From Macrostomum lignano (taxonomy: Eukaryota): DNA of 64,000 nucleotides. The stretch spans positions 62,001 to 126,000 of the forward strand of contig NIVC01002409.1 of assembly GCA_002269645.1 (NCBI GenBank), read 5' to 3'. Under the pieces are notes generated by a model, which saw nothing but the letters and a program-made list of their open reading frames with translations, ran no database searches and was not told where the DNA came from. A program made the position numbers and the translations under genes. How positions within the stretch are numbered: position 1 is the first letter of the stretch; each line of letters starts with the position of its first letter. This document shows positions 1 to 9,960 of this stretch, in pieces.

Positions 1-478
1 GGTGTACATCGATATGTAGTCAACGATATTAACACAAAATTAGGCTAGTGAAAACTACTTCTAGTAGGTGAAATTGCGTATATTTACATAAAAAGTAGAT
101 AAAACGTATCAGTATGTGTAAATATCGGTGCATAATGCATATTACCCGCCTGGCCAAGTGGTCCGGCTTTTCATCCGGTTTTGGTCCGTATCGTCCAGTT
201 TTTATGCCTTTACCGGACTACCGGACCAATTCGTCCGGTTATCGTCCGGTTTCGAAGTCCGGGTGAAAAACCGGACAAAAACCGGTCAAAAACCGGATGA
301 ATTTTTACTCCGGAATCATACCGGACGAAAAACGGACGAATTCGGCCCAGTTCCGGATGTAGGGACCTGTTTTGATCCGAATTTTTGTCCGGTTTCCATC
401 CGGAAACTTGTCCGGTCCTAATCGGACAATTAAGCGGACAAAATCCAGATGGAAACCGGACTAAATCTTGCGAGATCA

Positions 479-917
479 GTAAGTAAGCCTTCACAGTCTT
501 CACAGTCTACGAAGTGTACTTTTTAGTTATGCATCATACGTACAGGATTCGCTTTAACTCCGCCAATGCCGGTCCCAAGCCCGGTTGAAAAAGGAGGAGG
601 GTTTGGGGAGACGGTCTCTCCAGTAGAAGCCATCTTTCGTATCTAATTTATTATGAAGCTGAATATGAACTTCAATTTATACAGCAATTATCTGGCTACA
701 ATATATGACACTACCTCATGTGTAGGACTACCTCAAGTGTAGGAAAGCAAACAATTAGTTTCGCTATGATAGGTATCTTGGAGGTATCTTTACTGTGTCT
801 CCAGTAATCTTATAGATAACACTGTCCAATGACCCATACTATGATACCATTGATGATGAGCACTATATGTACTCTGAAAAACACGACTAACCTTAGCTCC
901 CCAAACTTGCATTGCAG
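479..917 (+). other. Predicted 5'-UTR intron of the transposase gene, containing the twister ribozyme
   Basis: Donor GTAAGT at 479-484 (alternative GTAAGC at 483), branch point GACTAAC at 885-891, acceptor TTGCAG ending at 917, 27 nt upstream of ATG 944. Confidence 0.6.
550..606 (+). ncRNA. Twister self-cleaving ribozyme (P1 type)
   Basis: UAA-CUCC-GCC-AAU-GCCGG-UCCC-AAGC-CCGG-UUGAAAAA-GGAG-GAGGG (555-601) matches the twister core as I recall it from the rice twister (UAACACUGCCAAUGCCGGUCCCAAGCCCGGAUAAAAGUGGAGGG). P2 is covaried (CUCC 558-561/GGAG 593-596), P4 is CCGG 569-572/581-584, and both pseudoknot partners are intact. P1 is weak. Predicted cleavage between U555 and A556. Confidence 0.88.
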
Positions 918-943
918 CCCGCACCTAGTGGTTGTCCGTGTCC

Positions 944-3900
944 ATGCAGCCCTCAGGACGCAACCGGCGGCAGTATATGCAGCAGCGAAGGTTCGAGCAG
1001 AAGCTAAAAGCTGCCATAAGTAAGGGTCAGCCGTCGCTTTCCCACTCCCCAATTCAACGCGATTCTGCAACTCTGCAGACCCACGAGCCGAAACCCTCTG
1101 GCAGCGTTAATCGTACGGCAGGTATGTACTGTTCATCGAATACATCACATGGCTGCAACGAGAGAAAGTGTTACTTTTTACTACTTCTTTCAATTCCTTA
1201 TACCTTCTCGGGACAGGCGATGGCATTGTCGCGGCAGCCAGCGCCAGCGTCGACGAAGCCGACAGCGACACTGACAGCTACGCCAGCAGTGGCGCGGCGC
1301 CCCAGGGCAGCGGCGACGAAGCCGACAGCGACACTGACAGCTACGCCAGTGGTGCTGCGCCCCAGGGCAGCGGCGACGAAGCCGACAGCGACACTGACAG
1401 CTACGCCAGTGGTGCTGCGCCCCAGGGCAGCGGCGACGAAGCCGACAGCGACACTGACAGCTACGCCAGTGGTGCTGCGCCCCAGGGCAGCGGCGACGAA
1501 GCCAACAGCGACACTGAACACTGACAGCTACGCCAGTGGTGCTGCGCCCCAGGGCAGCGGCGACGAAGCCAACAGCGACACTGACAGCTACGCCAGTGGT
1601 GCTGCGCCCCAGGGCAGCGGCGACGAAGCCAACAGCGACACTGACAGCTACGCCAGTGGTGCTGCGCCCCAGGGCAACGGCGACCAGGCCGACATCGACG
1701 CCAGCGGCGCTGCGTCCCAGGGCAGCGGCGACGAGGCCAACAGCGACGCCAGCGGCGCTGTGCCGCCAAACTTCGACCTCTTCCAGCACCCATGGCACGA
1801 TGGGGTACTGGCTGAGCCCATATACTCCATAGCGCCTGCCATTTGTGAGGTCAATGACTGCGCTATTGACCTGCAGATTCCCCGTGAAAAAGTCGGCCGG
1901 CTTTTGGCTACCATCCATCGCCTCGTCCCCGGCAACAGGTTGCCGCGGACGGCGAAGACGTTGTGGCGGAATATGAAAAAGGCCCAAAGTTGCATCGGCT
2001 CCTCAAAGTGCATGACTGTGTGCAATTCCTGTCGATGTAACTATCCAGGAGACAGCAGCCAGAATGAAGGACTTTGTCGGAACTGCAATTCTCAACTTGT
2101 CTCAAATTTCTGGGTGTTCGATATCCGTCAGCAAATTAGGACTTACATCGAGGCCTGTGGATTGCTGCAGAATGTCACCTTTCCCGTGGACTTCCAACAA
2201 CCGGAGGATTGCATTCACTTCTCAACCAGCCAAATGTATGCCGAGTTTATTGAGGCGATTGAACCCCAGGATCGAATGGACTTGTCCTACACCCTGAGCT
2301 CGGATGGCTTCTCGCTGCATACTACCAGCCGAGTTGAAGTCTGCCCCGTGTACATCAGCATCAACGAAGTCCACGACCGCTTCAAACTGAAGTATGTCGT
2401 CATTTGTGGTGTATGGGCGGGAAAGAAGAAATTGCACGCGTCTGCCTTCCTTCCTTGTCTCATCGGCGCGTTGAATAACCTGCGCACGCGAGGCGTCACC
2501 TACTTAGACGACGAATCTGTGCGACGGACAATCCGGTTTCATTCGCTTCAGACCCTCTTCGACGCACCCGCTCGGGCCGACGCTCTGAATATGAGGCACT
2601 GTACGGCCACTTACGGTTGCGACAAGTGCTACATTGCCACACGTCTGCACCCATCCGGCAGTGGTCGCTACTACGACGTGGAGATTACTCCCGCAATGCT
2701 GAACGAAGCCGCCCGTCTCGGTTGTGTGCAGACCGTCGTACGCAGCATGACCGACACGTCTCATCTTGCTGAACTGCATCTGCAACGGATACCTTCTGAT
2801 CCGAACGGCGACGTCCTTGGAGTCCGCGGTCATTCTCCCCTTGGCGAAATTCTCGGATTTTACTTCGTTCGAGGCTGTCCGCCGTGTTACCTGCATCAGC
2901 TCAACGTCGGTCTATGCAAAATGAAGATGCTGCAGTTTTTTTCTGTTCGGCGCGACAAGCCTGACCGTGGCCCAGTGTCCGGATTTACACGCGAGGCAGT
3001 ACCAAGTAGACGCCCGACTGCGGAATCTTTACGTGCCCGATTGCGTGCAGCGGCATTCCGTTCGTCCGCTCAGTGACCTACGCAATATGCGCGGTCACGA
3101 GTTTGAAATGTGGCTCCTCGCTTACGGGCCACTCGTTCTTGACGGAATTCTACCAAAGGCCCATATGGACCACTTCAAGGTCCTCTCTTCCGCTGTATTT
3201 TGGATGACGGCTGACTATGCGCCCAAAACCGAATTGCGACACGTGGAAATTTCCCTGCGGCATTACCACGCGAACTTGCAGCGTCTGTTTTCGCTACGGG
3301 CTCTCACCTACAATGCACATCAGGTGTGCTGCCACATGCTGGCCTATGTGCACCTCGCTGGATCCGCGCATCGCCTATCGACTGGCCTCTTTGAAACCAT
3401 GCACAACCGTTTGGCGCAACGTCTTCATGGGACCCGCCGCAGCGATGTCGAATTGGTGAATGCTGTTGAGCGCCAGATCGGCAGCATCCAAGCGAGAGCA
3501 CGACTCCTAGGCCGGCAAGTTCCACGGCAGCAGGATGAGCGGGACCTGCGCCGCTTTGAGATCCACACCGTCGGGGGCGCTGTCCTTCGCAGGCCGAAGT
3601 CTCAACAAGTTGGCTGGCAAACCGTCTCGCTGCTGTCTGGCTGGAAAGTCAGCGCGTATCGGCCTGCAGGCGCCAGGAGAGACGCGGCCTGCTTTGCGGC
3701 TGTCGCCGACCAAACGTCCCCAACAGAGTTCCGATTCTGTCGGGTAGCCTCCATCGACGTGGAAGGTGACATCGTCGTGCTGAAGATCATCGTGCTGCCC
3801 CTGATGCAACCCGAGCCGGACCCACTGGAGTCGCTGGCCCAAGTTCCTGCAGCCTCGGTAAATCGTGGCTGCCGCTTCGTCCACGTTAGGCGACTGGGCT

Positions 3901-4025
3901 GTGACCCATTCGGTGACCTACGCATTGAACCGGTCGCCGTGCGACTCGAGGCGCTTCGTGGGGTCTGCGGTCTGCATGGCCGCAAAATTGCCTTGTTGCC
4001 CCATCCGCAATTGTGCTTCGCGTGA
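944..4025 (+). pseudogene. EnSpm/CACTA DDE transposase, frameshifted in this copy
   Basis: Family motifs SDG (D at 2303), CPVYISINE, ICGVWAGKK, FDAPARA..N......YGCDKC (D at 2561), YLHQL..GLCK, LLAYGPLVL, TYNAHQ..H and GLFE. Model: 944-1121, intron 1122-1216 (GTATGT..ACAG), 1217-4025, with a 7-bp duplication (ACACTGA, 1511-1524) and a +1 shift near 3001-3008. Confidence 0.88.
1252..1760 (+). repeat. 60-bp coding tandem repeat (DEADSDTDSYASGAAPQGSG) in the transposase N-terminus
   Basis: About 7 near-identical units plus shorter degenerate units. Confidence 0.9.
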
Positions 4026-4647
4026 ACATTAACTGCTTCGATGCTTCGTTTGTAACTTCTGTTTCAATACATGTCCGTTTATTTATATTATGCTACGCTA
4101 GGTAAGCATAAGCAATTCAATAAGACAGGGATTTAACTCGTGTAGAACATATTCTGCTTGTTTTGCTGTATTATATTATGTATGCGTGCCGTACTAATAA
4201 TAATAAAATTTATCAAAAAAGACACTAATTTTGGTTGTACACTATTGCGTTGACTTCAATTATTAATGTAGATTTATCAAACATGGGTCTAATTGTAGGA
4301 GCATTAAAACTTATGGCAGAATTTTTTGTTGAAATTTGTTATAAAAACTCAATCGGATGCTTTCGTAAAAATCAGGTGCTAGAAAAATCGTACTCAAAGC
4401 CATTTTGATCCCAGCGAGTAAGGCTACTCGTAAGTGAAAGTTGAAGATCTTAGTAGACTGTTTAAATAACGGCATTTACATTTATGGCTGTGTATAGATA
4501 CAATGTGTAAGACCTGTCTGGGAAGCAAATGTAGTTTGATGGCTTGCTTAATTAAGGGTTATTTTTAAACGACGACCAAACGTAGTTTGAGCCCCTATTA
4601 AAATTGATGAGCGCCGAAATCCACACGCCTCACGCCTTTGCAGCTGC

Positions 4648-5488
4648 ATGGCAACTGGGCATTCTGGGCATTTCCCGTCATGGGCGGCCGGACGAAGCGA
4701 TACCCAGTCTATGCCTCTAGCAGATCTTCGATCCTGCATCCAAGAAGCCGAACAACGAGGCGTGCGCGTGTACACGAGTACTCGTAGTCTGCTACTCTTC
4801 GTGGAGGCACTGAACGTGATCGACTCAGGTTGGCTGGCTACAAGGCACTGTTTCCGACGAGACCTCATCAATTAATGCTTTAATTAACGCGCCGGCCTGC
4901 CAGACGTTTCCAGATATTCAAAAAGGAGCGACATTTCTTCTTGAGAGCCCAACACTTTTCAATGTCGACTCCGATTTGCACGGTCGCTACTCGTTGTCTA
5001 TCGCACCAGGGCAGATTCGACGCGTATATCCGCGCCCAGTGGTGGGTAATTCATTTATGTTCCGGTTTGCTTCCATCAATGCGTCGTTTCAGTCAGTCAA
5101 ATCACTTCAGTCAAACTCGCGGCACTTATTAGTTTATTTATTTATTCGCACGCACGCCAATATTATGGTCTGCACCGTCACATACTTACCACTGCAGGAA
5201 GCCACGTTCGTGAGCTATTACGGACCCGAGTCGAGCAGCTACCGTGACTACACGATCGTGTCCACAGAGGAACTTCCGACTAGTCGTCGACCATGTCAAC
5301 TCGGTTCGCCACCACCATCCAAAACGCCTGACAACGGGTCCCAAGAAAGCACCGAATGGAACATGTTTGACACCCAGTCTGAGTCCCAGTCTGCGCTGGA
5401 GGTGCCGGCATCTGCAGTCTTGGAGTGCGTCTGCGGCCAAGGCAATTTCCTCGGCTGCACTTGGTGCAGGCGACATGCTAAGAAGTAG
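4648..5488 (+). pseudogene. Transposon accessory gene: HROB/DUF4539-like OB-fold protein with a C-terminal Cys cluster, frameshifted
   Basis: Removing the TGGC duplication (4831-4838) gives LLLFVEALNVIDSGWLQGTVSDETSSINALINAPACQTFPDIQKGATFLLESPTLFNV..RYSLSIAPGQIRRVYP. By eye this aligns with the human HROB OB fold as recalled (FKDPTGEMQGTVH..LKPGSVLLL..YLNVTPNNLVHIY). Probable intron ~5042-5197. Ends CVCGQGNFLGCTWC. Confidence 0.55.
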
Positions 5489-5941
5489 AAAGTTTTACAG
5501 TAGAAACTATTTGGCGGTCTATTATATCCTAACGTATAGTTTGGTTGCCGAATTGCATTTTCTGCATTGCAGTTCTTCTGTCAAGTTGTGGCTTACCCTG
5601 ATAATTATTAAAGCTGACATCATTATTGAGAGAACTGCTGAGTTCTCTATTCGTGAAAATAATTGTGTCTATTTTTCTTTGCTTTTAATACTGTTTTAAG
5701 TTTCCATAGAAAGGCTTATGCGCTCCTCTCCTCTCCTCTCTCCTGTCTCCTATATCCTCTCGATCCTCTCTCCTATCCTCTCTCCCTAGCTCTCCTCTCT
5801 TCTCCTCTCCGCCATCCGCCATCCGTTACGGACAGTTCGCTTTCGTATTCAATTCAGTTGCATTAAGTCAGTTAAGTCAGCCACAGAAATTTTTACAGAA
5901 TGTACATCACAAAACGTTTCCCGCAGCACAACTGCATCGTT

Positions 5942-7931
5942 ATGGGCCACTTAAGTAAATCCAAAGAAAAAAATAAAAAACAAAGTGAAAAAAACGAAGC
6001 GAAAAGTCTAATTCGAAACGGACAACGCAGGCCACCGTCACCAAAAGGCGAAAACTGGAAGCGGCTGCTGGTTCCGCTGCTGCTTCGACAGAGCCGCCGA
6101 CCTCGGGCTCTACTGTACGTGCTGCTGGTTCCGCTGCTGCTTCGACAGAGCCGCCGACCTCGGGCTCTACTGTACGTGCTGCTGGTTCCGCTGCTGCTTC
6201 GACAGAGCCGCCGACCTCGGGCTCTACTGTACGTGCTGCTGGTTCCGCTGCTGCTTCGACAGAGCCGCCGACCTCGGGCTCTACTGTACGTGCTGCTGGT
6301 TCCGCTGCTGCTTCGACAGAGCCGCCGACCTCGGGCTCTACTGTACGTGCTGCTGGTTCCGCTACTTCTGCATACTTGCAGTACGACTGCGTGCCGTACA
6401 AAACAGAGGGTACGAGGAGATTCTTTTTATTCAAATATTCCAACTATCACGAGAAAACCGATGTGGTCTCCACGGACGACATTGTCGGCCGCAAACGCGA
6501 TTCGTCAATACCCGTCGCTGTGGGCAGCGAAGTTCTTATAATCAAGGCTAAAGTCAATAGAACTGCGGCCAAAAAGTGGCATGGCACCCTGGTGCAGGGG
6601 CCATTCACAGAAAGGAATGCAGCCGCACGTGCAGCTTCGTTAACTAATGTTCACACCACGAGTGTCGAGCTGCCAAGGACTTGTGGCTCCTGCCGCAGCT
6701 TTTCTGTCGAAGTCCAGCGCCAGTTGGCGCCAATAGAAACTTTACGTGAGTAAATTTTTACGTTTTTAGGCATACATACACCCTAAGCCAGGATCCTCAA
6801 CAGGACAATTCCCGCATATTTATAGGGGGACAGCTAAAATCGGCGACTCAGAAGGAGACCCAGCTGCGCGAAGATAATCAGTCGCTGACGGAGCAGCTTT
6901 GCGTATCCAGCAGAATGGAAAAAAGTCTGCTGCGCCAGTTGGAGGCAGAGCAGCGGCGCAGCACTAGATTGGTAGAAGCTGCGCAGCGCAGCAACTCGCT
7001 GCTTCTCAAATCGTCGGACATCCTCTGCCACGCCACGTCCGGCCGGGTAAAGTCCGGTACCAGTCAGTCCCTGACTGATCGGGAAACTTCTGAGTCAAGC
7101 ATGCAGAGGGGAGGAGCCGTTGGTGCAGCGGCGTGTGCCCATCAACAAGACGAAGATGAGGCCGATGAGGTCGATGAGGATCTCAGTTTCACATGCGAAC
7201 AGAATCTGTCTGTTGCACAGACTCGTGCGCTGCTGACTGCAAGCCAGAAGGCAGCAAACTGTTCGGAGACCTCGTCCTCGTCCGGCTACGTGTCGCTCTC
7301 AGAGACGCAGCCGTTCGTCAAGGTGCAATTTCAGCGGCGCGCGGATCTTCAAAGGCGACTGGAAGAATTCGGAAAGGTGCCAGCCCCGTCCGATGCGGAG
7401 CACGCAGATGTCACGTTCATTCGTGCAACGGCCCTGCAGGCCCTCCTCCGCGCTCTGCTGCGCACTATGTTCACGGACGAACAATTTGCTAGTTCTAGCA
7501 TATCGGGTCGCAACTCAGAGGTGGCAAACCCAGGAAAGATGGCTGCGGTGAGAGTCTGGCTGGCCGAGAACAAAATTAGCTACACGCAAGCCAATCTAAA
7601 CAGGGCGTTCAATCGTTGCAGTGATACGGCTAAAGACCACCTCGGCATCTCGGGTATCAAAAAGCGTGCAGCTATGTCCGTCCCAATGCGGTCCAAGAAG
7701 CCCGGTACAGGTGCCGCTGCAACGAAGCGCTCAAAGAAGGCCGCCCAGAGCAGTGAGAGCACAGTTGTTGTCATCGTGGACGATCCCAGTAGCGCCAACC
7801 AGAACATCTATCCGTCTGCTTCGAATGCTACAGTTGCCAGTTCGGCCGATGCGAGCGCCGGCAGTTCGACAGCCAATTCCGGCAGTAGCGGCACTGTCGA
7901 TATGCTGCAGGAACTGTATTCGAATGATTGA
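5942..7931 (+). CDS. Transposon accessory gene: NLS + 19-aa repeats + coiled coil + BEN domain
   Basis: Model 5942-6745 + 6826-7931; intron 6746-6825 (GTGAGT..TATAG) keeps the frame. One -1 indel is needed in the A-runs at ~5988-6006. Features: KRRK NLS, coiled coil (QLREDNQSLTEQL..LLRQLEAEQRR) and BEN-like LLRALLRTMFTDEQFASSSISG..NPGKMAAVRVWL at ~7440-7630. Confidence 0.65.
6064..6366 (+). repeat. 57-bp coding tandem repeat (AAGSAAASTEPPTSGSTVR), about 5 copies
   Basis: Identical units read directly from the sequence. Confidence 0.9.
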
Positions 7932-9024
7932 CTGATTTTTATAGTTCAGACTTTCTTACTTTCCTACGTTTTGATCGTATGAGCAGGTTGAAGCAACGTT
8001 TTGAGGAGTGTGAATAAACGGAACGGGAGTCGACGTAAGATTGTTTCTTTTAGTGTTTTTAGTAATTCAATGGACAAATCTACAGTACAGGATATTGTGT
8101 TTCATGCGTTTAATTTGTTTCTTTGTGAACTATTTGTGAACTATGGCTACAGTAGTAGCAGCAGCAGCAGTAGTAAACAAAATCAGCATTCTGTCTTCCG
8201 GTTTTCGCCCGTTGTTGGTCCGCTTCTTCATCCGGTTCAGCTCCACATTCGCACTCGCCCGGTTTTCGCCCGCTTTTGGTCCGGCTGTTGGTCCGGGAAC
8301 CGCCCGGACGAACTACCAGGTGAAATTCCAGATGAGCACCGGGCGAAGCAACCGGACGAAGTCCTCAAAAAACATGTTCTCGTCCGGATTCCTAACCATT
8401 TGCGGACAAACGAGATACGAGAAAAATAAAATACATAACGCACCGGATGAAAACCGGCTGCAAAGCCGGATTTGCAGCCGGATGAAAAACCGGACCACTT
8501 GGCCAGGCGGGTTACGAAACATATAGTTGTACAGTCATAAGCATATGGGCAGCAAAAAACACACAATGTAGGTGCATATTATCGATATATTTGCAGAAAA
8601 GTAGGTGAAATATACAAAATAATACAAAGCAGGTATATATCGCTTATTAGTGTAGTAGGTGCTTGTAGATGCTAGTATAATAAAAACATAGGTTGACTCA
8701 TACGCACAATAGGGCTCTCCCAGGACAATAGTAAGAGATACGCCCCCGCATTCCTCCCCAGCGCCGCGACCAAGGGACCGCGGGCTGAGTAATGTTTCGA
8801 GGGGATCCCAATGTACAGTGCAGGCAGAGAGCTATTTTCCTACCCAAATGGGGTTTTTATTCAAGGGACCCCTCACCTAGTACAGTGCGGGCAGAGAGGA
8901 GTAACAGAGAGCAATAGAGACCGCCCCATGTACAATGCGCTCCAGGGTTGAGGTGTCAAATGGGAGTTTTTGATCCCCCGCCCCAATGTACAGTGCGCTC
9001 CAGGGTGTCAAATGGGAGTTATGA

Positions 9025-9753
9025 GTGTCCCCTCACGGATACAGAGACTGCACAAGCAGAGTGCATTCCTCCCCAGGGCTTCCAAACGATAGTTATGAAG
9101 GACCCCTCACCAAGTACGGTGCGGGCGGGGTAACACGCCCCGGGGGGGAACCCCACGCGATCCTTATCGCTCACTCGCGAAAGCCATACGGACGGCTGGC
9201 GGCCCCATACACCCTCTTAGTCATGGAAGTGTGGAAGGACGGCTTCCCAGCAATCTATTTGAGCGAGCCAGAGTGGAAGAAGCTCGAAGCTTTGCGCCCT
9301 GACCTGGAGGCTGCCGCCCGCCTTCACGTGGACAAGCGGGTCGTGCTGGGCAATTTCAAGGCGGTCGAAGCTTCACGGGGGCGGATTCGTTTGCGGCGCA
9401 ATTGGCTCAATCGGGATCCAAAGTTTAATTGGCGCTACATGATCGAATTCACGCCGGAACTGTGGCACCGGATGCTTGCGGCCGGTTTAGACAAGCTCTT
9501 CAAGCCGGCACCCGAGGCCCCGCCGCCGGCAAAGCGAGCCAAGACAGAGACCCCTCCAGTAGCCAGGACTGAGGAGGAAAATCTCCAGGACGTTCTCCAC
9601 GACTCCAGGTTGTGGGTCTCAAGCCCTACCAATCCCCGCCCTGGGAAAATCTGTTTGACAAGAGTCAGCGCTGGTAGTTTCCTATTGGCTCACACCACCC
9701 CGCGGGGCCCCTATATAACTAATCTGTCCTGTCTTCAGAGAGCCAGGCCCTAA
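9025..9753 (+). CDS. PC4/Sub1-like ssDNA-binding protein (possibly tandem PC4 domains) in the outer element
   Basis: VVLGNFKAVEASRGRIRLRRNWLNRD..IEFTPELWHRM resembles PC4 (IGKMRYVSV..IDIREYW..GISLNPEQW). An upstream AIYLSEPEWKKL is a second half-motif. PAKRAK NLS. Start uncertain (ATG 9223 possible). Confidence 0.6.
   Translation: MSPHGYRDCTSRVHSSPGLPNDSYEGPLTKYGAGGVTRPGGEPHAILIAHSRKPYGRLAAPYTLLVMEVWKDGFPAIYLSEPEWKKLEALRPDLEAAARLHVDKRVVLGNFKAVEASRGRIRLRRNWLNRDPKFNWRYMIEFTPELWHRMLAAGLDKLFKPAPEAPPPAKRAKTETPPVARTEEENLQDVLHDSRLWVSSPTNPRPGKICLTRVSAGSFLLAHTTPRGPYITNLSCLQRARP
9629..9718 (+). promoter_or_regulatory. Pol II promoter-like cluster inside the outer element
   Basis: CCAAT 9629-9633, GC box CCCCGCCC 9634-9641, reverse CCAAT 9684-9688, TATATAA 9712-9718, then a CT-rich leader and CAACATG at 9798-9804. 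Confidence 0.45.
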
Positions 9754-9960
9754 TTCCTAGCTCTGATACTATACTCTCTCTCTCTCTCTGTTGATTCCAA
9801 CATGTCCCGCCGAGCTCTATCCACCCTCTGGGATAATAATCGCCCCCCCCCCTGAAGAGTTAACCTCCCTCGACGGTGAAATACCCGAACATATAATCCC
9901 CTAGGCACAGAAAACAACGGAACTGATAATTAGGGGGCTGATATATCCTTGGCTTGGGCT

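Larger units (their letters stand above)
145..8511 (+). mobile_element. EnSpm/CACTA (CMC superfamily) DNA transposon, full length with both ends
   Basis: 34-bp TIR CCCGCCTGGCCAAGTGGTCCGG(C/T)TTTTCATCCGG at 145-178 and 8478-8511 (one mismatch). TTA at 142-144 and 8512-8514; the uninterrupted opposite arm of the host element (~11900-11915, reverse complement) has a single TTA, confirming a 3-bp TSD. CCGG-rich subterminal repeats at ~145-440 and ~8200-8511. Encodes an EnSpm-type transposase. Confidence 0.92.

Noticed and set aside
128-503. ORFs over the CCGG-rich subterminal repeats (also 8001-8566)
   Set aside because: These are non-coding transposon ends; the translations have no recognisable features.
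4829-4913. Intron that would fix the frameshift in the OB-fold gene
   Set aside because: GT/AG sites are in phase, but splicing would delete the best-aligning part of the predicted OB fold; the 4-bp duplication explains the shift better.
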